From positions 7,858,844 through 7,922,843 of the forward strand of contig CM082588.2 in NCBI GenBank assembly GCA_040954595.2: DNA of 64,000 bases. The letters run 5' to 3'. Below the pieces are notes generated by a model. The model was not told the origin of the DNA and did no database searches. It was given only the letters and a program-made list of their open reading frames with translations. The position numbers were made by a program, and so were the translations under genes. The first letter of the stretch is position 1, and every line of letters begins with the position of its first letter. Of the stretch, positions 25,801 to 37,668 are shown piece by piece. The stretch comes from Balanoglossus misakiensis (taxonomy: Eukaryota > Animalia > Hemichordata).

Positions 25801-27837
25801 GCCGTTTATTTTACTATTTTCACAAGCTGTAAAACATCATTGTACTAAGTATAATATAGTCAGGGGTTACATATGCTATACTAGAAGCATTATGACCCAC
25901 AACTACCGTAGTATATGAACCACATATTGTGTTCCACATAGGCAGGCTCATGTCGTGATTACCCCCAGCTTTTTGACAACAGCTCTGCACATGAGAATAC
26001 AAACATTATGTGTGAAACATGGAAATTTTCAGTATCTTATTTATAAGTTCTAACATGAACTAAAAGGTGTTTGTGAATATTTTCATACTATCTAGCTTGC
26101 TATGTAACTAGAATATAGGTTCAGACTTTAACAATGATGATTTCCAGCTCATTGAGAAATCTCCTGAGATTTGGTTAATTACCATAGCAACAGGTTGGTA
26201 GCTAAGAAATTAGAATAAGTGAATGCAGAGTTTAACAAAAAAGGAAAACGTTTTTGCCATTCAAAATGGTGGGACATGTGTTAATTGTTTGCCCTGTGCC
26301 AGGGGAATGTCCTCCCATATAAATTGCTTAGCTACGTGAAATCTCGTGGGGTCATGTGGAGTTCAGAAAATGATCAATTGTACCTTTGCATTCTTCTCTG
26401 TGACCTTTCATCCAGTGTTGTTTCTGGCAATCTTTCCCACAATACATCACTGCACAACAGCGTGTACACTTCTTGAGATTATCACTCTTACAGTTGCACC
26501 AAGCACAGGAAGCATCTTGAAATAAAGGAGAGAGTTTATAGAAAAAGTTATTTATAATGGTGGTGTACAACAGAATCTTTTTCAAACTAAGCAACCATGA
26601 TGTCGCCATTAAAGGGACATTAAAGTCTCTTTCTCGATGTCCTTTTTCCATTAATTAAGTTTGACACAAGACACTGTTTTTGTTATTCTTCATGTGGATA
26701 TATAGTGAATCAACATTCGACCATATTCATTTTGGCGAGATTTGCTGCTCTCATATCATACAAGTGGGATGGAAGTTGTGTGCGGTTTCCTGATTATTCC
26801 CATTCTCATATATTGCAAAAATAAGTACAAAACTTGCTTATGATGGTCTATGCAATGTATGATTATGAGGTAAGACTTGAGATGTGAAATAAGCTAACCC
26901 AGATTGGCCCTGGGTCAGCCCAAGGCAGCTGACCAAGTTGGAATATGAGTTCTTATCTGCACATATAATTTATGAGACCATGAAGGAAAAATTAAGTTTG
27001 ACCAAAAATTATACAAATTATAAAAAAACCTACAAGATTGTAGATTTCAGCCATAGAAATAGATTCAACTTGTCAATCTTAATTATTACCTGGAACACAT
27101 GTTCTTGACTCACTGGTATGTGAAGTCTTGAGGCCTTCTTTGATGTCAACCAGTGTCTCTGATATCTGACCAAGCTGACGAGTTTGATCGCCAATTTTCT
27201 CTTCCATACGCTGTAGGAACTTTTCCAGCACCATGTCAGATTCTTCCCAGTGCTTTAAAGTTTGTTCGTATTTGTCTGTCTCAGCAAGGTCCATACTCGC
27301 AGTCTTCAACTGATTGATATCTCCCTGCTTAGCGCCAAGACGTACCAATACTTTACTAATGTCATCCCAGAAAGATTGAAATTCACTGTCAGGGACAGCT
27401 GTGCCCGTCATGTGTTGAAGTCTATTCCTGAACTCTCTTATTCGGGCCACATCAGCTTCAACACTGAGATCACCAGGGGAGGGATGTGTCCATACTCTAT
27501 CTCTTGGATGTCGAAGGCCACAGATATTCCGTAATAAAACTGTGAGCAATGTAATGTCGAAAAGTTCAGACTTGACAAGGTTGGGTGGGGTTGGGTATAA
27601 CAGATCCCACTGACCATCACTGATAACCTTTGGACCTGGATTAGGTCCTTTATACGACATTCGTAGTTTCTCTAACGACACCTTATGCTTGTTAAGAGTA
27701 TTTGCAAGCACATTAGGTGAAATCTTGCTGTCAAATACACATCTCACCGCTTTAGATCCACCGTCGATAAGTAGTCGACAAAGTCTAGCATGATTCACCT
27801 TCTCGGCTGTAGTTAAAAATGCACCACCGGTCGCCAT
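22869..27837 (-). CDS. HEPN-MYND-NACHT-LRR-like NLR, copy 3 (inverted, no coiled-coil repeat units); complement join(27837..27090,26515..26384,25744..22869), 1251 aa
   Basis: Same splice sites and phases on the minus strand. MYND has the full ligand set (KKCTRC). HEPN RNRLQH and Walker A/B are intact. Confidence 0.85.
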
Positions 27838-28337
27838 CTTTGTACGATATCACAAAACACAACTTGATTCCAGTTCTGGAAGCACTTGGGCGCAGATACT
27901 AGTATATGAAGATCTCCACTTCCAAGAATAACTCGAACAGTGTTGGTGATACACTAAAATGTTCACATTTTCTAAAACTAGGCGGAACTATGTGTGCACA
28001 AAGTCACAAACACGCAGTTTGAACTCTTAAACCACAACTAACAGAGGCTCGGCACTAATAAGCTTAACAGTGGCCTGACCGTTCCATGTATATGTATACG
28101 TTACCTCATTTGAAATATTTCAAGTGGTTAAGTAAAGTCAAGTGGTTAGAAAGATATAATCAGATTAAGTGGCTCGAATCTGTATTACTTCATTAAGTAA
28201 ATAAAAAAGTCCAAAACATCAATGTTTGGGGGGCTACGATTTCAAATGTGAAGGCCACTGATATTGGCACAAAATACGAGTAAGCAGGTATATATAAACA
28301 AAGAGAAATATATATTGTTCATAATCGTGATATCATC

Positions 28338-28348
28338 GGGGAATCCCC
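28338..28348. promoter_or_regulatory. NF-kB site upstream of NLR copy 3
   Basis: GGGGAATCCCC on the + strand is GGGGATTCCCC on the minus strand, about 500 bp upstream of the ATG at 27837. Confidence 0.55.
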
Positions 28349-28594
28349 TCAACCTCGTTTTCACCTGAATATATTCATGGCATTTGACAAAGTCAACCCG
28401 TGACTTCAAATTGATCACATTGAAAATAGACAGGAGTGTTCCTCTGTACTATAGTTAGGTTAATTTAGTATTGGTACAGGAATCAGTTGTGTAAAAGTGA
28501 TTGATCAATTCTTTGTCCTTCTGGTTTTCTGTTCCAGAATGTCGTCGTAAGACAAAGGTGTAGTTTCCCCATAGTTGTTTGTGTCTTTGTTGTT

Positions 28595-28595
<1 letters not shown>

Positions 28596-28627
<32 letters not shown>

Positions 28628-29357
28628 TGTCGAGATTGACTAATTTTAAACAGAGCAAGAAGTATACATGTCAATTAATGTAAATAAATATCTAACTTAA
28701 GGACGGTAGCATTCATTTTCCTGTCTAATTTTTAGTTCAACCATAAAAAGGTCAAAGATATTTATTTTACTGAGGTTTTCTGTTTCCTTGTACATAATCC
28801 ATGATTTGTAGATTGTAAATATAGCTATGATTAATAAGAGGTTGACATATTTGTCATGCTGTTCAAAGCCACACAATAGATTTCTCATACAGATTTCTAC
28901 ATGGCAATTTTGTGTGTTTAACAGAAAGTCATGAAATTCTTTCCAAAACAGAGTTACTCTATCGCACGTAATAAACATATGGAAGATATCATTTGTTACA
29001 TTACAAATGTTACAGTTTTTTGTTCTAGCTAATTTCCATTTATACAGATTTGCATCATTTGGAAGAATATCATACATAAATTTATACATAAAATTTGACA
29101 ATTTTCTTTCTGGAGTTAACTGTATAATATACGATAATACCATAGATGAGACAAGTGTCTTTGTTGGTGCTTTCGAAATGTAATAATGCTTGCTTAACGG
29201 TCACAATAAGACTAAGTTCAGCCCGAGCATGAAGGTTCTGCAAAATATCTTTTCTGAAAATGTGGAACTGGAAATTTGGTGGGGAAAACATTCCCAGGAG
29301 TGGGTAGAAATGTTTCACCAATCGCCATATTTGTTCGCTATCGTGCATTGGGAAATA
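28596..29357 (-). mobile_element. 5'-truncated L1/Tx1-like LINE fragment (ORF2 C-terminal zf-RVT region plus poly-A tail)
   Basis: ORF 28697..29143 reads KLSNFMYKFMYDILPNDANLYKWKL..CNIC..DIFHMFITC..V..FW, the CCHC zinc knuckle typical of L1/Tx1 ORF2. The ~30-nt poly-T at 28596-28625 next to TTTATT reads AATAAA plus poly-A on the minus strand. The 5' boundary is approximate. Confidence 0.8.
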
Positions 29358-29361
29358 TTAA

Positions 29362-29865
29362 AGGCACATGAGCTGCAACTGGATAAAAAAATTAAAGTTG
29401 TAAATAATCTTCTATATGCTTTTAAACATGTATATTAAATGATATGTCATGATTATATATCAAGCTCAACACTTATTTATGACAAAATGGCCAAAAATTA
29501 AAGAAAAGCGAAAATTCCTGCAATTTTTAAAAAAGTGCAATATGGCAATGAAAATGAAAATATAATGTCTCAGCGGTGTACATTTACTTCCATGAGGTCA
29601 AGTGGATGAGATCATGTTTTGTTTATGAAGTTTCATAACCGGAAATGCAATATTTTCATTGTTTCTTGCATTTTCCCACGGTGGCGGCCATATTCACTTG
29701 CGGCAAAGCTTTATTTTTTATCTGGTTAAAACTGGCATATGCACTCATATTTAGGGTTTATAATGCTTGTGTATAGTTCACTGCCTTCATCTGCATGGAC
29801 TAATGGTAGAACAGTTTGAAACAAAAATTATGATAATTATCCCAAAAGTTGCAGCTTATGTGCCT
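29362..29865. mobile_element. Kolobok-like non-autonomous element, family C
   Basis: TTAA|AGGCACATGAGCTGCAAC...GTTGCAGCTTATGTGCCT; the right TSD is degraded. Confidence 0.5.
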
Positions 29866-31963
29866 TGGGTGATTTTCCATTTTTTTTTTTTGCCCAATGT
29901 TTGACTTGATAGATAGGATTTCCTATCCCTGTGGGTAGTTCAAATTATGGCACTTTCTTAATTTTTACCAAAAACCTGTTTGACCCTATAAAGAGAGCTT
30001 TTTAGGGTATTATTTGAATTAAATTATATGTAATAAGGGCAAATGAACAACATTTTGGTAACTACCCAAATGGTATGTTTTATGATCTGTTTTTGTGTGT
30101 AAACTGTATTTTTTCATGTTTCAAAAATAGGCCAATTAAGTACACAATCTACAGCCACTGCATACCTAGTATAAGGAAGTGAAACTTTGTATACTAGTAA
30201 TTCATTCACATCAAGATAAGCCTAAAAATTTAAAATAAAAATTAAAATAAAAAACTTTATTGTCATAAGAATAATGTAACAATTGGAGTATTGATCACTG
30301 TATCATATGAGTAACTTAAGAGAAAATGTATTAATACATGTAGTACATTGTGTATTTTAAATAAAGATCTGAAAATAATCATTCAATGGTGCGGTTCATA
30401 TGTACGACACCCCAGATAGGACAGAGAGTTTTACACAAGACATGCACTAATATATTCCTTTTCATCAGAATATGATTTCGATAATACAAAATTTTTGTCT
30501 AAACTACAGTTTTTTAGGGTTGACAGTGGAAATACAATTGTATTGCAAAAAGGTATTGTTTTTGATGCACATTTAACGCAGAAAATTAACAGTTGACCTT
30601 GGAAATCTTCATTTGATTTCCAACAAATTCTCTCAAAAAACAACAGAAAATACTAGTTGTACGTATTTGGTTTTGTTTTCTCACACCATCTCTTAAAAAT
30701 TCTCAAAAAAAAGAAGAGATACCGTCGTATAAAACTGTGTTAAAGGTATACAGTCACCTCCAATTTAAATACGCCCATGTATGGCTGAAATGGCGTATTT
30801 GAGTGTTCTACAAGACATATGGAGGCGCTCTTATTTTCGCGTTTGCCACCCACTGAAAATCTGCGATTGGCTAGATCTCAATTTGCCATGGTAACTGTAG
30901 CTAACTGTTTACTTTTAATTACTTGAGCTGCCACAAGATTGCCTCAGTGTTTTTGCTAAGGCCGGGAAACACTGGTAAATGAGTTGGTAACCCTGGTAAC
31001 GCTTCTGCTATCTACCAATATGACTGCATTGACATACAAATGGGGAACTCTGGTAAAATGACTGGGGAACCCCGGTAACATTTATCTGGCTAATGCCCTT
31101 AACAAAAACACTGCACTTTCTCTGCTATTTCAGTCCAAACAACAATTACACCAGAAAAAATATGTGTGTCAATTAACGTCTTAAAAATAGAAAACATTGC
31201 AAGGGTTTCCTGAGCTAGTCCCTTCTCAGGTCCAAAATGAAGTAGTGTAAATATTTTTCTCCCAAATGGGGACTGGTGGTGTTCATTCAGTAAAACGAAA
31301 AATAATTCTCGCTCCTCCCATCATTTGTGTACTTGTACGCACAGTCCAATATATATTGCAGTCTGCCGTACATCTGCAAGAGAAAAAGAAATGTATTTAA
31401 AGTCCATGAGCTGTATGTTTATGATTTTTTGAAATTGTTGATATCTTTGTACAGTTTCTCCTCGACTGATTTAAACATCATGAAATGCTCACTGTTTATC
31501 AACACAGTTCATGTCTGTACATGCAGTCAGCATTGTTTGTTTGTGAACACTTGAATTCATTTCTCCAGAAACACTTACCACCAGTATTACTTGTACATAG
31601 ACTATGTTGACAAGCAGAACACTTTTGAGCATAATGAAAATGTAGTCAAATAATAAAAATGCCAAATTAAAAAGTATTATATTATACCAGTATATTGATG
31701 GTGTAAATCACGCTATTTTATTGGTCGAGACACGACAAGTGACAGTGATATATTCGTCACATACCACAGTCATATATCACGCAAAACTCACAGTCAAAGA
31801 AAATGCCTTTTTAAAATGTTTTATGCAAAGTTTCAATATACTGGTATAATATAATCGTGCGTATATGTCTTGAACTGGTCAAAATCTCGTGGTATACCAT
31901 GGCTGGGGGTGTTTTATTGCTTAAGTATATCATTGGTGGCTGTAAAAATAATGTATGCATTAA

Positions 31964-32187
31964 AGGGACAAAGTCTCTCTCTCACTGCCCTTTTCCCATA
32001 TGTTGGAGACAGATTATTCATGTTGGCAAGTTTTTCACTCTCGTGTCTACAACTTACAAGTAGGATGGAAGTTGTGTGTGGTTGAACGCGGATTCACTAT
32101 ATATCCACATGTAGAATAACATTAAACAGTGTCTTGTATCAAACATAATCAATAGAAAAAGGGCAACGAGAGAGAGACTTTGTCCCT
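31964..32187. mobile_element. Kolobok-like MITE, family B
   Basis: TTAA|AGGGACAAAGTCTCTCTCTC...GAGAGAGAGACTTTGTCCCT|TTAA; duplicate at 50433-50656. Confidence 0.7.
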
Positions 32188-33442
32188 TTAATGTGTGGTA
32201 GTTTCATAATATACGTACAGCATCAACCCATGTATCATCCTCCATGGTCAGTTCAATAATCTGGTCTCTCTTGATCTGTGGCCTTACAAGTCTCAACATC
32301 TCCACCTGACCGGAAATGTAAGAAACAACATGATTGGCTGATTGACAGTGGATGTATTTAGTCTCGGCAAATAGGAAAGCAATGATGGCTCACTGAAAAT
32401 GAGGGGAGACAACAAGACAAGTCATGAAGCTTGCTGAGAGGGCAACAACTAGGTGGCCCTCTGACTCAAACATTACTAGTCTGGTCCCCTGCCCCATTCC
32501 CAACACCTGGCCTGGATATTATCATGAAACAAAGACCACGTGATCATAAACAAGATGGATGCCTCCAATGTCCGTACGCCAATGAGAGCCATGTTTACAA
32601 ACACCCGTGCCTGACCCTTTCCTTTGGCGTAGCGCAGCCAGTGATGGGAATGGGGCAGGGGACTATATGAGTTTCAAAGTGTTATCTTCTTGTTCTTTAT
32701 ATTTGTATTTTGTTCATGAAAGAAGTTACTCGGCAGATATTGTCTTTCCACTGATACATGTGCAAACAATAACCCTTTAACCCCCAATTCCCTATATAGA
32801 GGTCCAACCTTCCCATAGAAAACAATAGGTTTGGACTGAACCATGGTGGTGAAAGGGTTAAAAGAATGAATTCACACCTTCCCCTGACACTCTCGGAAGA
32901 GATTCCACTTGAAATGATGCAGTGTGTGGTAGAGGCTGGATCTTCTGAAGCAAAATCTTCCAACAAAATATCTCTGATTGAGGAAACAAAATACAGTTTA
33001 AAGGGGCATACTTGTCTAGCAGATTTTGTTTAATGACAGGAAAAAATATCTTTGGCGACTAGGGTCCATATTATGGGATATAAGGAATCAAGAGAAACAG
33101 TTGTTATGGGATCATAACACATCACTGATTAAAGGGACAAAGTCTCTCTCTCGCTGCCCTTTCTACAATAATTATGTTTGATACAAGACACCGTTTATGT
33201 CATTCTACTTGTGGATATATAGTGAATCAACATTCAACCACACACAGCTTCCATTCCGCTTGTATGATATGAGAGTAAAAACTCGCCCAACATGAATAAA
33301 TGGTAGAGAATGATTATTCATTTTGACATCATACAGACATCATGCGAATTAAATCTTGTTTCTTCCATGAAATTCCACGAGTGGTACACCAGGATTTTGG
33401 TAAGCAACAGAGAAATTTCAAATGTAGCTTTATTGATGAATA

Positions 33443-34072
33443 CTGTAAAACAGGAAATTTTCACAAACAATAATTTTTTTGCAAACTACGTGAAAGCTTT
33501 AAGAAACGTGAAAATAAAAAGTCGCATAAAAGTGTTTTTCCGTGATAACGATGCAGTGAAATACGAGAACGCAAAAATTAATCATCACGTGACATTTGCT
33601 GATTTTGATATGGTCAACATTTCCTGTCGCAAAAAAATTCACGTTTTACAGCGATCATATCAGCTGTGTGTGCGACAAACTTGTGCCTTGTGAAATGGAT
33701 GCAGGTCGAAAAGACTCTTACCCGATTTCCCATGAAAGGACTTTCATCATCAGAATCTGAAGAATCATCGCTGCTGTCTAGAGTTTCAAGTGTGTTTGTG
33801 TTGTACGGTGGCCCACTGAGATACACTTTCACGGAGACAAAGCGTCCTCTTAATTTGCATGCCTGGTGAGAAGTATTCAAATGAGACAAAGTACCGTAAA
33901 ACAGGAAATTTTCGCGAAAGAACTTTTTGTGAACTACGCAAGAGCCACAAAAACGCAAAAAATAAAAGGTCAGATAAAAATGTAACGATGCAGTGAAATA
34001 TAAGTACGCGAAATTAATCATTGCTTTTGATATCACGAAAATCTCCTGTCGCGAAAATTTCCCATTTTACAG
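33443..34072. mobile_element. Two related Tc1/mariner-like MITEs (33443-33651 and 33894-34072) flanking an exon
   Basis: TA|C(T/C)GTAAAACAGGAAATTTTC...AAAATT..C.TTTTACAG|TA; duplicates at ~51911-52123 and ~52366-52548. Confidence 0.55.
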
Positions 34073-34748
34073 TATTATAACAATGACGTTAAGACTTTCA
34101 AGCAATGTGCAGTATGAGTAGACAAACTTGTACAGAAAAAAGGTGCAATTTCATTACACACACATCTGAAGTTACCTATAAGGATAATGAAACTGTAGTA
34201 AGGTTTAAGAAGATGAAGTAATTTGTTTTGTGAAATATTTTTTCATAACAATAGAATCAGGGTAAGCACCCCAGGTAAGCACACAGCACACCTTCATTGA
34301 TTAAATACAAGATTGCAACCTTTAACCTTTGACCTACCTCACACGTCATGCGACTCTTATAGACCTCTTCATCAGTGATTTTTGGGTACTTCTCAATACA
34401 TTTCTAAAGGTTATAGAATTGTGAGAAAAGTAAAGCTTCAATCATGGAAATTTTACTCACACTTTATATCAAAATTTAAAATCAGACAGAGGGATAGATG
34501 GATGCGTACATAAGTGTGTGGGAAACATACCTTGTAATTTTTAACCCATGCCTGACTTTTCACCAGAAAAGTTTTCCTGTCGTTCAGTTCATCATCTACT
34601 TTATGTAATGCTGGCAAAAAATAATCATCTGAATATAAAAACAAAACATGTTTCCATGTAAGGCCTGTACCAATGAACATCACAAGAACTGAGTAAAATG
34701 GGCTTTGATCAAAGTATGTTTTTGGTGGAGTGCACTTTCATATTTTAA

Positions 34749-35055
34749 CCCTAACGCTGCCAAGTCAGTTGAAACTGGTTTGATTTCCACGGTGCCTAGA
34801 ATCCTGGCTCCCAGGCCTGTTAGACTGCCAAGTGTGTGTTATTCAGTAGGGCCTATACAAGACCCTCAGACCAATACAGTGCAAACCAGTGCGATTTGGT
34901 ACATTTTACAGGGGGCTCAGACTGCCAAGTGTGTATAAGTACGTATGAGATCCATGTCAAGGACAGTTAAAATACGATTTAGAAGAAAAAGTGGCAAATA
35001 GGTATTTCAAGGGACTTGACACTCTAAACAGGTATGACACCCAGTAGCATTAGGG
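34749..35055. mobile_element. piggyBac-like MITE (TTAA TSD)
   Basis: TTAA|CCCTAACGCTGC...GTAGCATTAGGG|TTAA; duplicate at 53225-53530. Confidence 0.55.
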
Positions 35056-36527
35056 TTAAAACAAAATTACACTGTAGCTGTAACATTTAGCTTTTCAATT
35101 ATTTTTGTTGTGTGTACCAAAAGCAATTTCTTGTTCTACTCCAAACAGCATGCCAATATATCCATTACTCCGCTTGTCAACATAGCCTTTATGTGTGTAA
35201 CGGCCATTGGCATTGTTGACAAATGAATTCTAGCCTGGAACAATGCTGACTATATGTATATAGGTTGTGTGAATAAGCTGGATACTGGGCATTTCATCAT
35301 GCTTCAGGGATTTGAACAAGAAACAGCAGTAGATACACAAAACGAAAACACTGAAAAGTTACAGCTTATGGAGCTTTAAAGTACTCTGAGAGAGCAAATA
35401 TAATGGTCACCTTTCTCCTGATAGACACAGACAAGGAAATATGGATCGATAGCAGCACTGACAATGGCCTGAAGATAAATCTTAAACACCAGCTGTAGAC
35501 CACCAGCAAAGATTCCTGTTAACACTGAAAAAAAGCACAGAGAGTAAGTGTGTATGAAAATTGTTAAAGCCTCTAGAGCTGCCACTTTTTGCAATTATTT
35601 TCATTTTATTTTCCAGCTTATATTGTTACAACAAAATAAGCTTACTGGTAGGTATACATGAACATCTCACTGACACCCGATTGTGGCTGTACGTAGCAAG
35701 TTGAACACTCTATATATTAAACCGGTGCCGCACTGATTTAATCAGCCTCCATACAAACAATACACAGCTATCGTGGTATGCGTTGCCAAGAGATGACAAA
35801 CTGATGCAAATGCAAGTAATATGGCTTAATGGTGAGGATTTTAGAGGATAGGGAATAGATTTGAAGTATTTTATTGTGGAAAAAATATGTGAAATTTGGC
35901 AGCTCTGGAGGCTTCAAAGTCAGTGTTATAGCTGCATTTGCACTAATGGAGTGAGACAAGGTTGTGTGCATGTTCAGAATGACAGACAGTGTCCTAATAA
36001 AAGCAACGTGTCTACACGTCATAGTATAGTGCCAACTTCCTAACAAAGACAGATTACAACATACTTGGCAAGACTGTCTCACTGCCACTCGACTCGTCAA
36101 ACGGCAAATCCCAGAATATGACTCCGACTACATCTGTGTTGTCTACATCTGGCATGGCATCATCACCTTGCCCTTCATACCTGCACACGTTGATTGCCTG
36201 GTACTTGGCCTTTTCTTTGTTGCTATAGCGACGGACCTACAGACAGGAGGAACCTGGGGGTCACTTTTATATGAATCAATGAGACACAGTATCGGGAAAT
36301 GAAAATCAAGAAAAGCCTTCCTATCAACACATGAGTGTAATAACAGAAGGGCCATTTTTGGTTTAGCAGAATTTCTGATCTTAGAGTATCTTGTCCTTAG
36401 GGACCGTCTCAGATTGTCAAATAAGTTCAACAAATGAAATTCGTTCGTTTAGGGTAAAGGGGGTTGAGATAAATTTGTTTGGTTCACTTTTCAAAACTGA
36501 CCGGCATTAGTCATTTTAGCAACTTAA

Positions 36528-36691
36528 CAGTCAAGCCTCTGTTAGTGGCCACCTCTATATAGTGACCACTTTGTTACAGTCCTTGTGCAATTCACATGTG
36601 CATTAATTAACCTCTATAAAAAGGCCACCTGTCTATAAAAAGGCCAGTTTAGGAAAGTCCCTTGACTGGCCACTATAGACAGGTTCGACTG
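36528..36691. mobile_element. Tc1/mariner (pogo-type)-like MITE
   Basis: CAGTCAAGCCTCTGTTAGTGGCCA...TGGCCACTATAGACAGGTTCGACTG|TA. The duplicate at 56110-56273 has TA on both sides. Confidence 0.55.
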
Positions 36692-36849
36692 TACTTCTCA
36701 ATCTCATTTGCTATACATAAACAATTAGTAGTATAGGCTTTAGGAACAATGACACAGAAGAAACAAACAATAGCAGGTGACAATAAGCTACCACTACGCC
36801 ATTGTTATCTCATTGTTTGATAATAATAAAATAAACCTGATCTGTCATC

Positions 36850-37668
36850 CAGTGTACGAAATAAAGCCTGTCCGACAGTCCGAGACTGGTTGTTTTTCTG
36901 TCGGACTGGTAAAAATAAAAAGTTACCAGTCCGACAGACAGGTTGAATTTAGCGTGGGAGTTAACCAGTGGTATCATGACATCTTTAAGACTTTCCCCAG
37001 TTCATGTATTGCAAATAAAAGAAACAATGATGTAAAAGCTTGAAAATTATCCAATCAAAGTAATGTAAAGAGAAAGATGATTCCATCCCATCTTCAATTG
37101 TTCACAGATGAGGTAATAGCTTCTCAGTTGTATTTGATAACATTTAATTGTAAGGCATAATATCGGGACTGGTAAGTTTTTGGCAGGACTGGCAACTTCA
37201 AAAAGTTGCCAGTCCTAGTGACTGGTTGATATTTTCTACGAATTTGCCAGTGTACGAAATAAAGCCTGTCCGACAGTCCGAGACTGGTTGTTTTTCTGTC
37301 GGACTGGTAAAAATAAAAAGTTACCAGTCCGACAGACAGGTTGAATTTAGCGTGGGAGTTAACCAGTGGTATCATGACATCTTTAAGACTTTCCCCAGTT
37401 CATGTATTGCAAATAAAAGAAACAATGATGTAAAAGCTTGAAAATTATCCAATCAAAGTAATGTAAAGAGAAAGATGATTCCATCCCATCTTCAATTGTT
37501 CACAGATGAGGTAATAGCTTCTCAGTTGTATTTGATAACATTTAATTGTAAGGCATAATATCGGGACTGGTAAGTTTTTGGCAGGACTGGCAACTTCAAA
37601 AAGTTGCCAGTCCTAGTGACTGGTTGATATTTTCTACGAATTTCGAACACTGGAATTTCGAACACTGG
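36850..37668. mobile_element. hAT-like non-autonomous element present as a 398-bp tandem dimer, inserted in an exon
   Basis: Termini CAGTGTACGAAAT / ATTTCGAACACTG, many GACTGG subterminal motifs, two units 398 bp apart. The empty site is at ~56426-56430 in block B and GTCAT is duplicated. The superfamily is uncertain because no clean 8-bp TSD is visible. Confidence 0.65.

Noticed and set aside
28455-28658. Poly-lysine ORF
   Set aside because: It is the translation of the LINE poly-A tail.
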